From Gonapodya sp. JEL0774 (lineage: Eukaryota): DNA of 64,000 nt. Positions 26,116 through 38,036 of the stretch are shown here, in pieces. The DNA lies in the NCBI GenBank assembly GCA_027604505.1, contig JADIIX010000054.1, positions 1-64,000 of the forward strand, in the 5' to 3' direction. The notes below the pieces were generated by a model. That model ran no database searches. It saw only the letters and a program-made list of their open reading frames with translations, and was not told the origin of the DNA. The position numbers were made by a program, and so were the translations under genes. Each line of letters starts with the position of its first letter. Within the stretch, counting starts at the first letter, position 1.

Positions 26116-28608
26116 TTAGGCAGTCGCCTGCCACGCTGCGTAGAGCTGAGCAGCAGAGGCGATTGATCCAAGGAGGCCAATCTGAACGTGGGATAGAAAC
26201 AGTTTGGTGAGGGGGTGAGAATGGAAGGTCATTGAGAAACGGGTGAGCTCAGAAAAATGCCAACGTCAAACACTGAGGACAAACGAGCACCATCCAATGC
26301 AAAGACAATACGCTCACTCCACATAACCCGATGAGCCCACCTCCCAACTCTCAGCGAACACGTGCAAAAAAATACCAAATAGAACATTGTCGCTCCATAC
26401 TCCAGTTACGGTGGCTCAATGCTTGAGATTCTCTTGCAAAAGACACTCACGTGCATATCGTTCAAGAATGGCGACACCAACCCTCCCATCTGACTCATTA
26501 TGGGGAAGAAGCATAGGTTGTTCACCATGCGGATAGACCAAGAAGCCCGATCGGCAGCGAGCTTGGCCTTCACATTACATCACACCGAAGGACAATGGAC
26601 AATGCCGGAGAAAGGTCAGCGAGCGCTACATACACCAAACACGCCCCCAGAACAAGACCAAGTGAAAACTTACCAGCTGTCTCTGCTTTTCTTTCGGGTC
26701 CACGTCTGCTCCTGAGCGTGCCGCCTGCTTTTCCCTGGCCACCAAGGCAACGTGTTCTTCGTACAGGCCGTAGAAGCCCAGACCGAGAGCGAGGGCCATG
26801 CAGCGGACGGAGAGGACGGAGGCGCGGGTGGCAGTGCTCTGGAAGGTGAAGTGAATGAGAGAAAGTCAGTGAGGAGAATGTGAAAATTTACCATACGGAT
26901 AAAAAGTTCTTTCAAACACGTCAATGAAGCGGCTCATTCCACACTAGAGGTTATTGCAAGCACCACCATTACTTTGAGCATGCTTCCTTCAACTCCGGTC
27001 TCTCGCCACTACCAACCCTGGTATTCAACTCTCCCAGTGCCCCACCCCAAGATCCTAATTCGCTATCCCCCGCACACCGAGTCTTCCCCAACTCACCGCG
27101 TCCACTTTGATGGCGCCCTTTCCAGACAACCACGCGAGATGTTCGAGAGGGAAGTACGCGAACATGAGCCACAGCTGCGCGCGGCGGACGAAGAGGGAGA
27201 CGGTGGACTGAGGAGGGTGGTTCTCCATGCGGGTGATGCCAGCAAGAACGGGCAGTTCACCGAGACCGGCAAGCCTGGGATAGAGGAGTGGCGGGGGTGG
27301 AGATGATGGCGTGGGAGCAGCGAAGAGGATGAGTACCATTGGTACGATTCGACAGCAACCTCAGGCAGAAGGTGAGAATGCCCCATATGCTCAACCCCCG
27401 CATTTTTTCGAAGATAGGTCTATCTCATACTTCCAAGAATACAAGACAAGGCGTGACCAACTCCTCTGTTGGACATTTCGTTCCTCCCATCTTACTGTGC
27501 TCCCCGTGGTTGGTTATTGTCGCCACAAAGTACGACCACTCAAATCAACATCGTTATTTATATGTGCGTCACTCACCTTAGGATAAACCTCGCGTCGTTA
27601 AACGCCGGCACCAGACTGGTGATCCTCTTAATGAGCTCCGCGTGTTCGGGACCCGCACGCTGGAGGAAAAACACGAGGAGGCGTTGGGTAAAGATGTAGG
27701 TCTGTATAGGAGGCGTTATAGGAGGCGTTAAGGGTCGGGAAGAAGAGTAAGGTGAGAGATGGAGAGGTTAGCAAGGTTAGCACGGTGGGATTCGCGGAAT
27801 GAAAGATTGGGGCCATAGACCACGGGGTTCCATGGAGAGTACCAGGCTCCAAGCAAGTGATAGTAATGTGGGTCACAATTATTTGCGTATATTCCATATT
27901 GTTTGCTATTTCCAGCCGCAAGTGTGGAGTGCTCAATATCGGTGTGCGGTTTCCAAGCAGCGGGAACTCATTATTTGAGCCCCCAGATTTTCAAAATTCA
28001 ATTTGACTCTCCATTTAGATGTCGCTCGATTCATTGTGTGTCTGTTGGACGTGTACTGTGAGCTGCAGATGCTCCATTGATCTGAAGGAATCAGCCACAT
28101 GATTTCAGCCAGCTCACACGCAATTTTCCACTCTTGGTCAAAGGTGGAAAGCTCGCGCTTGATCCAATGCCAAATCCAATTAGCCCGGTGGGGGCATCAA
28201 ACCTCCGGATCCGATCCGAAGACATCCGTGACGAGTTCCGAAAAAAGTCATGAATTTACGATCGCGCTTCAAGTAAGATAGGCGTATAGGGGAAAATGAT
28301 GCCAGCGTGGTGTCGCGATGGCGCGTCCAAAAGGTGCATTTATGGCGGTATCGGAAGCAGGTCATCCGAGTCCCCCAGTCCCCCACATTCCAGACCCACG
28401 GATCACGGTGAAAGTCATCCAATACTCGCCATGAGGACTTTGTCGACGCCGTTCACGGTCTGGAGCATCCTGACCAGACGCTCGAGGTCTACACATTCAT
28501 GGAACACCGTGTCAAATCTTCCGGTCAGTTTCACCCTTTCAAGCATCTACAGAATGGAATCTCACTTGGGTTGGGACGCAGGATCTTCGCGAGTGCCGTC
28601 GGTGCCAT
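26116..28608 (-). CDS. PEX11: Peroxisomal biogenesis factor 11 (PEX11, gamma/C-like), ~7 exons
   Basis: Hand-spliced: MAPTALAKILRPNPNLERLVRMLQTVNGVDKVLM|TYIFTQRLLVF...FNDARFILR|LAGLGELP...YFPLEHLAWLSGKGAIKVDA|...|IGLLGSIASAAQLYAAWQATA*. The G-x-DK, DARxxLR, YxPLEHxAW and C-terminal IGLLG motifs are typical of PEX11. Confidence 0.85.
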
Positions 28609-31153
28609 TTTCGTGTGTCTATCGGTTGGTGTGCAGGTATTATGTGCCTGGAATGTAATGGCTGGCCAGGGTTTGTTCACCTTTCGATTCCTCAACACCC
28701 ATCCACGATCTCAGTGGTCGAATAGAAAGATCGGCAGATATCACCTTAAAACAAAACAGAATTGGAATATGACGGCAGCTGTGCGCAAGAGGTTCCAATT
28801 CGAGGTGGCGAGGATCATAGAGGGTCGCAGTGGTGCAGACGGGTGCGTGGAGCTCACTCCATCGCCTTGCATCACATTATGCTTTCATTTTTGAACGCTT
28901 TTCTGTCGTTGAGGACCGTGGTGTCCACACACTCGATTCCCCGTCGAATTGACCTGCTACTTTCTGAAAGAGCCTGCCTTCGCGATGGCTAATCAATGTA
29001 TAATGATGCACACTGTAGATGGAAATCCCGTTCTGAGTACATAAAATGTTGTCTATTGTCTAATCACTGGCCACAAAGATATCAGATGTTTGTCTGGCTT
29101 GAGATGTAGATTCCCGGTTGGCAGTGTTATTGACCACTGAGAAGCAATGGTGGTAGGAATGTCGCGCCTGTTAGGCGGCTTGGATCTCTTTGACGCCCCA
29201 TTTGTAACGTATTTGAGGAGTGACCTTTACGTCAGTGTTGTGGGTGGAGACTTCTCGGAGAAAATGTAACAGGCATCGGAGCCAGACAGGCGATTCAAAT
29301 GTGTAGATATGGTGAGATGGTTGACTAAGTGTAGATCGGACTGCCAAAACGATGATCGCAACGGGGATCAGCGGTGTTCGTGTGGCCGACACGTCGGACA
29401 GAAGCACCGGAATCAGCGCAGGGGGCAAAGCCTTTATCACATGACAGATATCTCCGACTTCTGTATTGCTTGATGATGATCTCTCTTTTCCAACAAATCT
29501 GTTTCGGCACTTCTTTAGAGAATGTGATTCCTTGGCCACCACCTCCACGACATGCCTCCGCACAGAACTTCGGTTTTCAACCACTGTAATTCGTCGACTA
29601 TCGAGTGTTGCGCATGGTGCCAACTATCACCAAGGACCTATGAGTACACCCCTGCACTACCACTTAATAGGGTGTTTTGTTTGTAACATCCCAACTCCCA
29701 GCTCACGTTCGGCCCGCAAAATACAACTCTCATGTAAACCCACAAGTTCTCAAGTAACCCAATATCAGCCTCAAGTCTCGCACGCATCTTCATATGCTGC
29801 TTCCTACATGCCTGTGTGGTACTGGACTTGTCTCTGGTCTCGATACCCTCAAGTATCTGTGAGGTACCCTCTCAGCTTTGTCCACCTGTGTCCCTCGCAT
29901 CGTTCATGACGAGCCCGGAAATGTTCTTTGTCCTCACTCTCTAGTTCTGGAATAGCCTAGCCTTGTGGAGTGTGCCCCCCCGCGCTGCTGGTCGGCCCGA
30001 AAGGGTAGAAAGGCGGTTCCCGCGAGTTATGTATCCAGCAAAGACACATCACTAGGTTAGGACAGAACTTGCGAAAGAAGATGTCGATGGGTCGACCAAC
30101 GTGCTTGACTGGTGAGTTACCTCGTCACCATACTCCGACGGCCGTGCTTGGTGCACGCCTCTCGTTTTCAGGATGCGAAGACAGTCATGCACGATGCAAT
30201 AAAATGCAGAGTGGATAAGAGAAATGACAGAAGGATGCCGTGTACTCCAGATTGTTGTTTTATTGAGATGATCATTGCGTGCGAATGTTGTATCGACAAC
30301 CTCCCCTATGTCAGAACTTTCTGTTTAATCTATCTGCTCGTCCCGTCCCGCAATGACCACAGCCATCAGAATCCATAAGAAGGAAGGATCGAAGATCTTG
30401 AGATGCATTGCACGCATCTTCACCCATTCACCGTCCACCGGGATCACTCCTTTCAATGTGGGACTCCATTTTTTCGACGGTGGCTCTAATGCGACTCTTT
30501 GCCGCACCCCACTCGTTCAATCCAAGTTATTTGGTATCTCCGAGCACATTTACACCGCTGCCAAGTCAGCCTATGTATCGTCTTGTCTCATTCTGCACGA
30601 GTTCAAACGACTGATAAACCAAGTGCCTGAAGTACTTCGAGGGTGTTGTTACAGAAGAGACAGGAAGTGGCGTCTGCTCAGCATGAGAGAGAAAGTCATT
30701 GTTCCACTTCGTTTCCGCAAGGTTATGTGCTGGTGTGAGGATAGGCACCTCTACGGAACGATGTTCAGGGTATTTGAGCGGTCCGAGCAGACAACAACTG
30801 GTAGGATAGTGCCAGCATTGCGCTGCCTGCTTTGAGTTTCGTGCTCATTCTTTGAAATGGAGAGAATTCACTTCGTTTGCGAATCCTCGCTTACACTGAA
30901 TCCCAAGCCAGTCGACTAAGGATCCCGGTGTAGTGACAAATCTCCATATAGGGGTCGATAGGAAATTTGAACGTAATATTTTGGAGATGATCGTCTGGCA
31001 ATGAAGCTACTCTATTCACTTTCTGGTGGGGTTTGGGATGGGGGAGAGCTGCAAGTGGAGCTGCACAACTTCGCCTGACCACTTACACATTCATCCGCCC
31101 AAAGCGGCCTGCCTGGGATCGTTGTCCACCTCGGACGGAGTGCAAAGGTTGTA

Positions 31154-34100
31154 ATGGAGGGTGCAATCGAGGAATTCTTTGCGCCGGCGACTCCCCTTGG
31201 ACGTAAGAAGGAGCTTGGTGAGTTGGACCCACAGAAGCTGCAGGTTTGGTCGTTTCCGCTGGCGCAATTGAGCATAATGCCAACGGATCTTGCTGCGAGG
31301 ACCTCTAACTAGCTTCATCCGGCCTGACTGGATGATGCAAGACCGACGCGAGTCGGGATGGCGTTGGAAAGTTTGCGAAGTTTAAGTTCGAACTGAGCTG
31401 ATGGACGGTTGAGATCGGATTCGAGAAGCTTGCGCTCAAATACCATTGTCTGTACGTCCTTCTGGAATAACTAATGAAGAATTGTCCAATGGCTTGAGCT
31501 GCTTGAGCAAGGAAGTGGGGGGAAGGAGCGCACAAAACTAGTACTCCAAGAACTGAATTAAGCAAGAAGTCTTGAGTTCGCTGGCGGAGATAATGAAAGA
31601 CGGGAGTTCGTGGCGATTCAGGATACCGTTAATGGTGGTCATACGCCAAGAAAAGCTGTGCGTGAACAACTTGATGGTGACTATAGTTTTGGGACGACGA
31701 AATACTTCCTGCAAACTGCCGAGGGAACGCCGGCAGTGGCAAACTACCGATGTGGTGGAGACTTCGATGGCATTTTGGGTGACCAGCACCAGTGGCTGTG
31801 ATCGCTCAAAAGTTTGCTTTACTAGTCCCTAACTCTCCACCAATTCCCACCAGACATCCATCTCACCTCCTTCAAATCCAGTCCCAATGCCCTATCCACA
31901 TGTGCCCACCTTCTCACAGCTTCGTCTTCTCCTTACGTCATTTTCTTTTGCCTCGGTACCCTTGAGGACTTCCTCGCTTCCAATGCTGCCGCTAGGGCCG
32001 CACACTCGAGAGCGGTATCTGGCACTCCCCTCTCCCCAGACCGACCAAACTCGTCGCTAGATCCCTGGCGAGCGTTGGATGCGGGCACCAAAGTGCAAAT
32101 TCGCCAGCTACTCCTCTCCCTACTACCCTCTTCCTCTCCAACCTCCCCCACGACCCGGACATCTCCTCCTCCCTTCGTTCTCAACAAGGTTCTGCGAGTT
32201 CTTGCACTTCTCATGTCTCGTGAATGGCACCCATCTTGTACCTGGCCCGACGCCTTCGAATCTACTGTCACCCCAATGATTGTGGAGGGTGCGTCGAGAG
32301 CACTCCAAACCCCAATCACTGGATCTCCTCCTTCTCCCCCACACGATCCATCTGACTTCATGCTCCTGAGTAACGGATTGGCTTTGCTTCGCGCTTTGTG
32401 CGAAGAAGCACTCTCCTCAACATCCCCTGGAGTTTCAGCTGACGATCCGACAAGACGGAGAGCAACCACTGATCAACTTCTATCCCGCGCACCGTGGATT
32501 CTTGACGCCTGTTGCGGAGCGCTTGACGCTCTGCTGGACTCTGGTGGAGAGTTTGGTAACACTCGTGAGAAACCAAACGGACAATTTGTTTCACCTTATC
32601 CCTCCCCTGCAAACTCGGACCGTTCCCCGCGCTCACCTCTTAACATTTTATCAAAGACGGCTGCTGCTCCACATTCCCCACCTTCCCCTTCAACCCCATC
32701 CTGGCCCCATCAGCCAGCTCACCCCGCCACAGAGTGTGCTCGCTTTGCACTCGCTACCGTCGCCAGTTTGCTGGCGTATCCGGTGCCGTGGCATATGGTG
32801 CGTCCCTCACATGTGGGATGTGTAGGACGGTATACCCGTGCGGCCCTGGCGGGGGAACTGCGAATTTCCTCGTTGACGTGCTTGGAGGAGCTCGTGACGC
32901 GGGCACGAGTGCTTGCCGGTGGGACGGAAGAGGCGGAATTTTTGAAAGTTGTTGGTGAGGCGGTGGTGGGAGCCGTAGAAGCTGCAGTGGCCGAGAAGAG
33001 TGGAGCGATCTGCGACAATGACGACGATGACGAGGGAGCTGCCAGGTCTGCGAGAGTCGCTGCGGTGATGAGAGTATTTGTCGCGCAACATTGGTATCGT
33101 GCTGAAGCGTCGTCCACGGGAGCCACATCCTTCGCGGCGGACTCACCGGTGCGCTCTCCTCACGATGCCTCGACATCGACTTTTCGATTTCCTGTGGAGA
33201 CTTTCCTCGATCTGTCCCTTCGCTTCACCTCGCAACAACCTCCTGTGGAACCGTTAGCGCGTACTATTGACGTTTGGACGGCACTTACGGATTGGCTCGG
33301 TGGTTCGGGAACTAGTGGTGGGGGGAGCGGATCAGGAACACCAGTTTCGACACGAAGAATAACCTCATCACCTGCATCAACATCGTCACCTCGATTACCA
33401 CTTACCCCTTTGCTTGGCTCTCCTTCGTCATTTTCTGCTGCCCCACCGGCGCCATCATCTCCCCGTGCAGAGCTCGTGTATCGACCCCGCCTATCCTCTC
33501 TTCTCGATATCTTGATGTACCGAGTGCTGTCATCGCTATCTTCCGATCCCAGTGCGCTGGACGATATTGATGATGCTCACCCTGATGCAACCGATGGACT
33601 CACAGAATGGGACGAGCTTGTATCTGTGTGGGCAGGCGTTGTGGGGAAGGTTGCAGAACTGTATCCTGGTGACGCTCTGTCCCGTCTCTCTGGTGCCATG
33701 ACTGCCATTGCGAACGAGTGGGAGCGCGTCGCGGGCAACCCGGTTTGGGATAAGCGGACGCGGCGATTAGCAAGGGATTTGAGAACCGTGGCAACCGGAT
33801 TCGGGAGAGTGGCGCACTTGTTTGTAGCGGAGTTTGAGGGTAACTTTGCCGCGACGGGGCAGTTGATCGAGAGGTTTTTGGTTCTGGTTGGTGTGGGGGT
33901 GGTTGGGGGTTGGAAGAAAGGCGCCGAGGCTGGAAAGCTGTGAGTAGAGCTTGAAAAGAAAGAAGGGCTTTTAGCAGATTGATGCATCTCTTCATTACGA
34001 GCAGGTATGCTGCCCTCTTCTCCACGCTTCAACTCTTCACCCACTGGATCACTCTTTGGCAGCAAAATCTGTCCGTCATGCCCCAAACGCAATCTGCATT

Positions 34101-35565
34101 CGTCGCTATCGTGACTCAATGTGTAACCGTTGCTGCCACTGCGCTTGTCTCGGACGCACCTGAAAATGTTCTCCTCTCTGCTGGACAGCTAATGTCCTCC
34201 ATCATTTGTTCTGTGAGACCTGCATCTGTGGATATCGTGTCAGTACCGGAAATGCAAGCTCTTGCATTACGGCTGCCGGAACTCATGTCAAGATGGCCTG
34301 TTGACGTGACTAAGACAGTTTTTAAGGCGTTCGCCGGCATGTATGCTCTGGGCTCAACTGGCAGGCGTATACCGGACAATGAATGGCAAGCGAGGCAGGC
34401 AGCCTTTGTGCAATTTGTAGGACGCTTTGACGGACCTTTGAGAGAACTCACACCTTCATCCATGCCGACTTTGATTTCTGACCCTGCCGCCCGTACGCGA
34501 CTGGGTCACTGCTTCCTCGTTCTTGTGGCGATTACAGAGTGCGTTGCCTCGGAACAAACAGCATCTCGCGAAGTAGTTTTTGCCGCCGTATCGCTGTCGC
34601 TTCCGGTGCTCGCCAGGTTGCTTGAGGAGCATGGATCTGCTGACTATGACTTGCTGCAGCAGACGCTCGACACGGTGCTTCCGTTGTGCGAAGTTTTTCG
34701 CAGACAGATTGGTGCCGATGGCATTCGTATGGTGATGGATATTTACATGAGTCTGCTTAATGGCGGGAAACTGATCGCCATGATGCAGCAACACAAAGCA
34801 GCAGGCCAAGTTCTGGCGAAGTTCTTTCGTTTGCTTACAGTGGTCATGGAGGACGGAGGCAAACAATTTGTGCAGTTTGTGCCTCATGTAGTTTCCTTTT
34901 GTCTCCGTGACGCTTGGCCCAAAATTGCGCCAGGCTCAACGGGAATGGAGGTAGCCGTACCCGCTTTTTATGAGCTGGTAAACCGAATCCTCTACAACCA
35001 ATGGCGATGGTTCTACCCCGGCACGGTTGCAGCTCGCACGACTTCTTCAACTTCTCCGGAGATGAACACCCATGAGGCTGAGTTTGTGGCTTTTCTGCGA
35101 ACTTTGCTTGCTGGTATCGGAAGTGCCGACCCAGAAGTGGTCGTTGGGTCTTTGCGGACACTTGAGCAGCTCAGCGATACACATAAACTGTTCCAAAAAG
35201 AAGCATTGCGGAGTTCTGGGGTTCTGGAGGAGATCTGGGGCTCGCTTGCGTGGATGCTGGTTATAGGCGAGAAAGGTTTTCTTAAGGAAGATATCTTGAG
35301 CGTGCTGCTCAAATCCATGATGGTTAATAAAGAAGTCTTTGATACCCGAGTAAGTTCCTTTAGCGGTTCAAGTTTTGGGAGCTCTGGATCATTTACATAC
35401 CATGCTTGTCGTCAGTTCATACCCACATTCATCACTACAAAGATCCCACAATTCCCTTCCGAGCAGAAGGCTGCGCTTTCCCAGTACCTTTCTTCTATTA
35501 ATGAGCCTACCCAGTGGCTGGATGCCATGAATATCGTCGTGGTAGAACTTGGCAAATGGCTGTGA
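31154..35565 (+). CDS. XPO6: Exportin-6-like karyopherin-beta (4 exons)
   Basis: Exon 1 MEGAIEEFFAPATPLGRKKEL is spliced over a ~636-nt intron to DIHLTSFKSSPNALSTCAHLL...PYVIFFCLGTLE. Also FVLNKVLRVLALLMSREW and C-terminal FFRLLTVVMEDGGKQFVQFVPHVVSFC...YELVNRILYNQWRWF...LEQLSDTHKLFQKE, which resemble animal XPO6 as I recall it. Confidence 0.75.
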
Positions 35566-35815
35566 ATTAGTACAACATTATCCGCATCTTACAGCAAAAT
35601 TAAATACAATCTACAATGTATTCAATCGAAATCGGACTTCACAGAATATTGCGTGCGGGAATAATAATGTCTTCGGCGAAGTTGATCAGCGAAGTTTCAT
35701 TTGCCAAACTCTCCATTTCCCGTTCATCGGCCTCTGCCCATCGTTCACACTACAAATTTATCAATTTGATACTCGAACCGCAGCAAACCGTACGCTTACT
35801 ATCCACGATATCAAA

Positions 35816-36618
35816 ATGAACGGAAAGTCTTCCTCGAGTCCTTCAAGAGCAGGAGCACAACCGAGTTCCAAGGCTGCCGAGGTGCAGGCGCAAGTCGGTG
35901 AGTATTGAAGCAACGCGCAAACGTAACTGGCTCATCGCGGCATGAAGCACATCTCGGAAAAGATGTCAAATGAATTCGGCAATCCCGATGGAGCCATGCA
36001 TCTAAACCTAACCCGATCACCCACAATGCAGATGATGTCGTCAACGTCATGCAGCAAAATATTCAGAAAGTGATTAAATGATTCGCCATTGTGTCTTGAC
36101 GAAGTAAGACATCGATTCTGATATTGATCATTGTCCCCAGGTCGTCGAGCGCGGTGAAAAGCTGGAAACACTGCAGACCAAGACCGACGACCTGGCCATG
36201 GGGGCTATGCAGTTTAAAAAGGGAGCGAGTGGTGTCCGTAGACAGGTATAGTGTCATTTCCTTGATAACGGACCTGGAAAGTGGCCTCTAAATCGTCTTC
36301 AAACTCCGTGAAATGTGTGACCTCCTGATCCACAAAATTCAATGCGCGTCGCTTCTCTTTCGTATGTTCCCTCGCCAGATGTGGCTCAAAAACCTGTGAG
36401 TTATCGATTCAAGAGTTAGCATGGGACATTCAGGATCTAAACTACAATTGTCCTCTCCAATAGCAAAATGAAAATCCTCATAGCTGTGATTGTCATTGTC
36501 ATCCTTCTGATAATTATTGTGCCAATAGCTAAGTGAGTGTCGACTGAACCGTCCAACGTGCCCTCCAATGATGAACTAAATAATATGTTCTGTGTATAGT
36601 TCGCTTCGCAGCCGATGA
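35816..36618 (+). CDS. Synaptobrevin/VAMP R-SNARE (Snc-like), 6 exons
   Basis: Spliced: ...AAEVQAQVDDVVNVMQQNIQKVVERGEKLETLQTKTDDLAMGAMQFKKGASGVRRQMWLKNLKMKILIAVIVIVILLIIIVPIANSLRSR*. Contains the R-layer ERGEKL and a C-terminal TM helix. Confidence 0.95.
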
Positions 36619-36922
36619 AATAGGCCACTAATCATACCGCTACACATAGACCAACATCAGTGTTGAAAATTGTACAATGAATGCAATATTAGTTTCTGAT
36701 CAGTGATCGCTCCTCTTCGATCCATTTTTGCGCCGCGTTTGTTGCAATCTGAGTCGTTTCTTTCTTTCAACCGGAGCCCTTGCTGCTACGACGACATAGA
36801 GTGCACAGTCGCCTAAGTATGCGTTTCATTGGATTAGAAGATTGTCATATTCGCTGATCTGCTCGTTTGATCAGCGAAGGAGCCGACAACAGAGCCGATC
36901 ACCATTCGTCACATCTTCGAAC

Positions 36923-37832
36923 ATGACATCATTAGCGAATCAGAGTGTTCCCAGCAGTACAAAGCATTCACCGAGAACTTTGGTTTGCAGCTTGTGTGGG
37001 AGGGAGTTCGGCTCTGCCTCTCTTCAAATTCATCAGAAGCAGGTGCGCTTCATATTACAAAGATCGGAGCCGCTTCTGACCACTATATTACAAATAATAG
37101 TGTCAGGAAAAGTATGAAAGAGAGCACCCAGGTGGTGGGAAGAAGGGAGAGAAACAATCGTTGGCCAGCGCGCTACAGGGTGGCCAATTGTGAGTTGAGC
37201 ACAATCATCACAAGAAGGTCGCTTGACTGATTTTCTGCAACTATGGCAGAACGAAAGAGGAGTTCAACGAAAAGGCTCGAGAAGCATTTCTCGAAGAAGG
37301 GCGCGTGCATTGCCAATACTGCAAACGGGGTTTCTCGAATCAGGACAGGTTGGATGTCCATCTTCGTTCTTGCAGCGAAGGGTCCAAAGAGCGCGTCAAG
37401 GGAGGAACAACTAGACAAGTTATGGACTCTGGAATAACTTCGACCCCAAAGTTCAAGCCCGACACGCCTTGTCCAAACTGTGATCGATTGTTTACTTCAA
37501 ACTCGTTGGTTGCACATCTAACACACTGCAGACCGGGCCCCGCAATCAAGCCAGCACAAGCTCACAATCCGTCGGAAAGCAACAACTCAACTCAGTCTTT
37601 GGAGACTCGAATGGCCACGCTCGGTCAAGATATATATGGTAACCCTCTTGAAGATATGGGAGCATCAATTCAGGAAGTCGGGAAAAAATACAACAATGGA
37701 AGCAGCTCAGTCCCAGTCTCCACCCTTGCTTCTGGCTCTCAGATTCGCCCTGAAGCAAAATTTTGTACTTCATGTGGGTGCAAGTTTGAGGAATCGGACA
37801 AATTCTGTGGAGAATGTGGCAAGCGGCGCTAG
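36923..37832 (+). CDS. C2HC zinc-finger protein (zf-C2HC_2, ZNF474/ZC2HC1-like) with C-terminal double zinc ribbon
   Basis: CSLCGREFGSASLQIHQKQ|C, CQYCKRGFSNQDRLDVHLRSC, CPNCDRLFTSNSLVAHLTHC, and KFCTSCGCKFEESDKFCGECG; two introns. Confidence 0.85.
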
Positions 37833-38036
37833 ACATTCATCGAATCACAACAATTTGGGAATCCCAGCATGGCGGTTTCCACAACCAATGACATATTATA
37901 CGAGCTTGAGTCTCTTTAGAATGATAAAAGATGGATGCCCATCTACTAGCCGCTGTAAAACAGTTGTCTTCAAATGCAAAAGAGAGGCTATTCATATAAA
38001 AACCATATCGGTATAGTTGCTGAGTAGTATGCATTG

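Noticed and set aside
31218..31853. Nested gene in the long first intron of XPO6
   Set aside because: Short ORFs in both orientations with no motifs or coherent splice signals.
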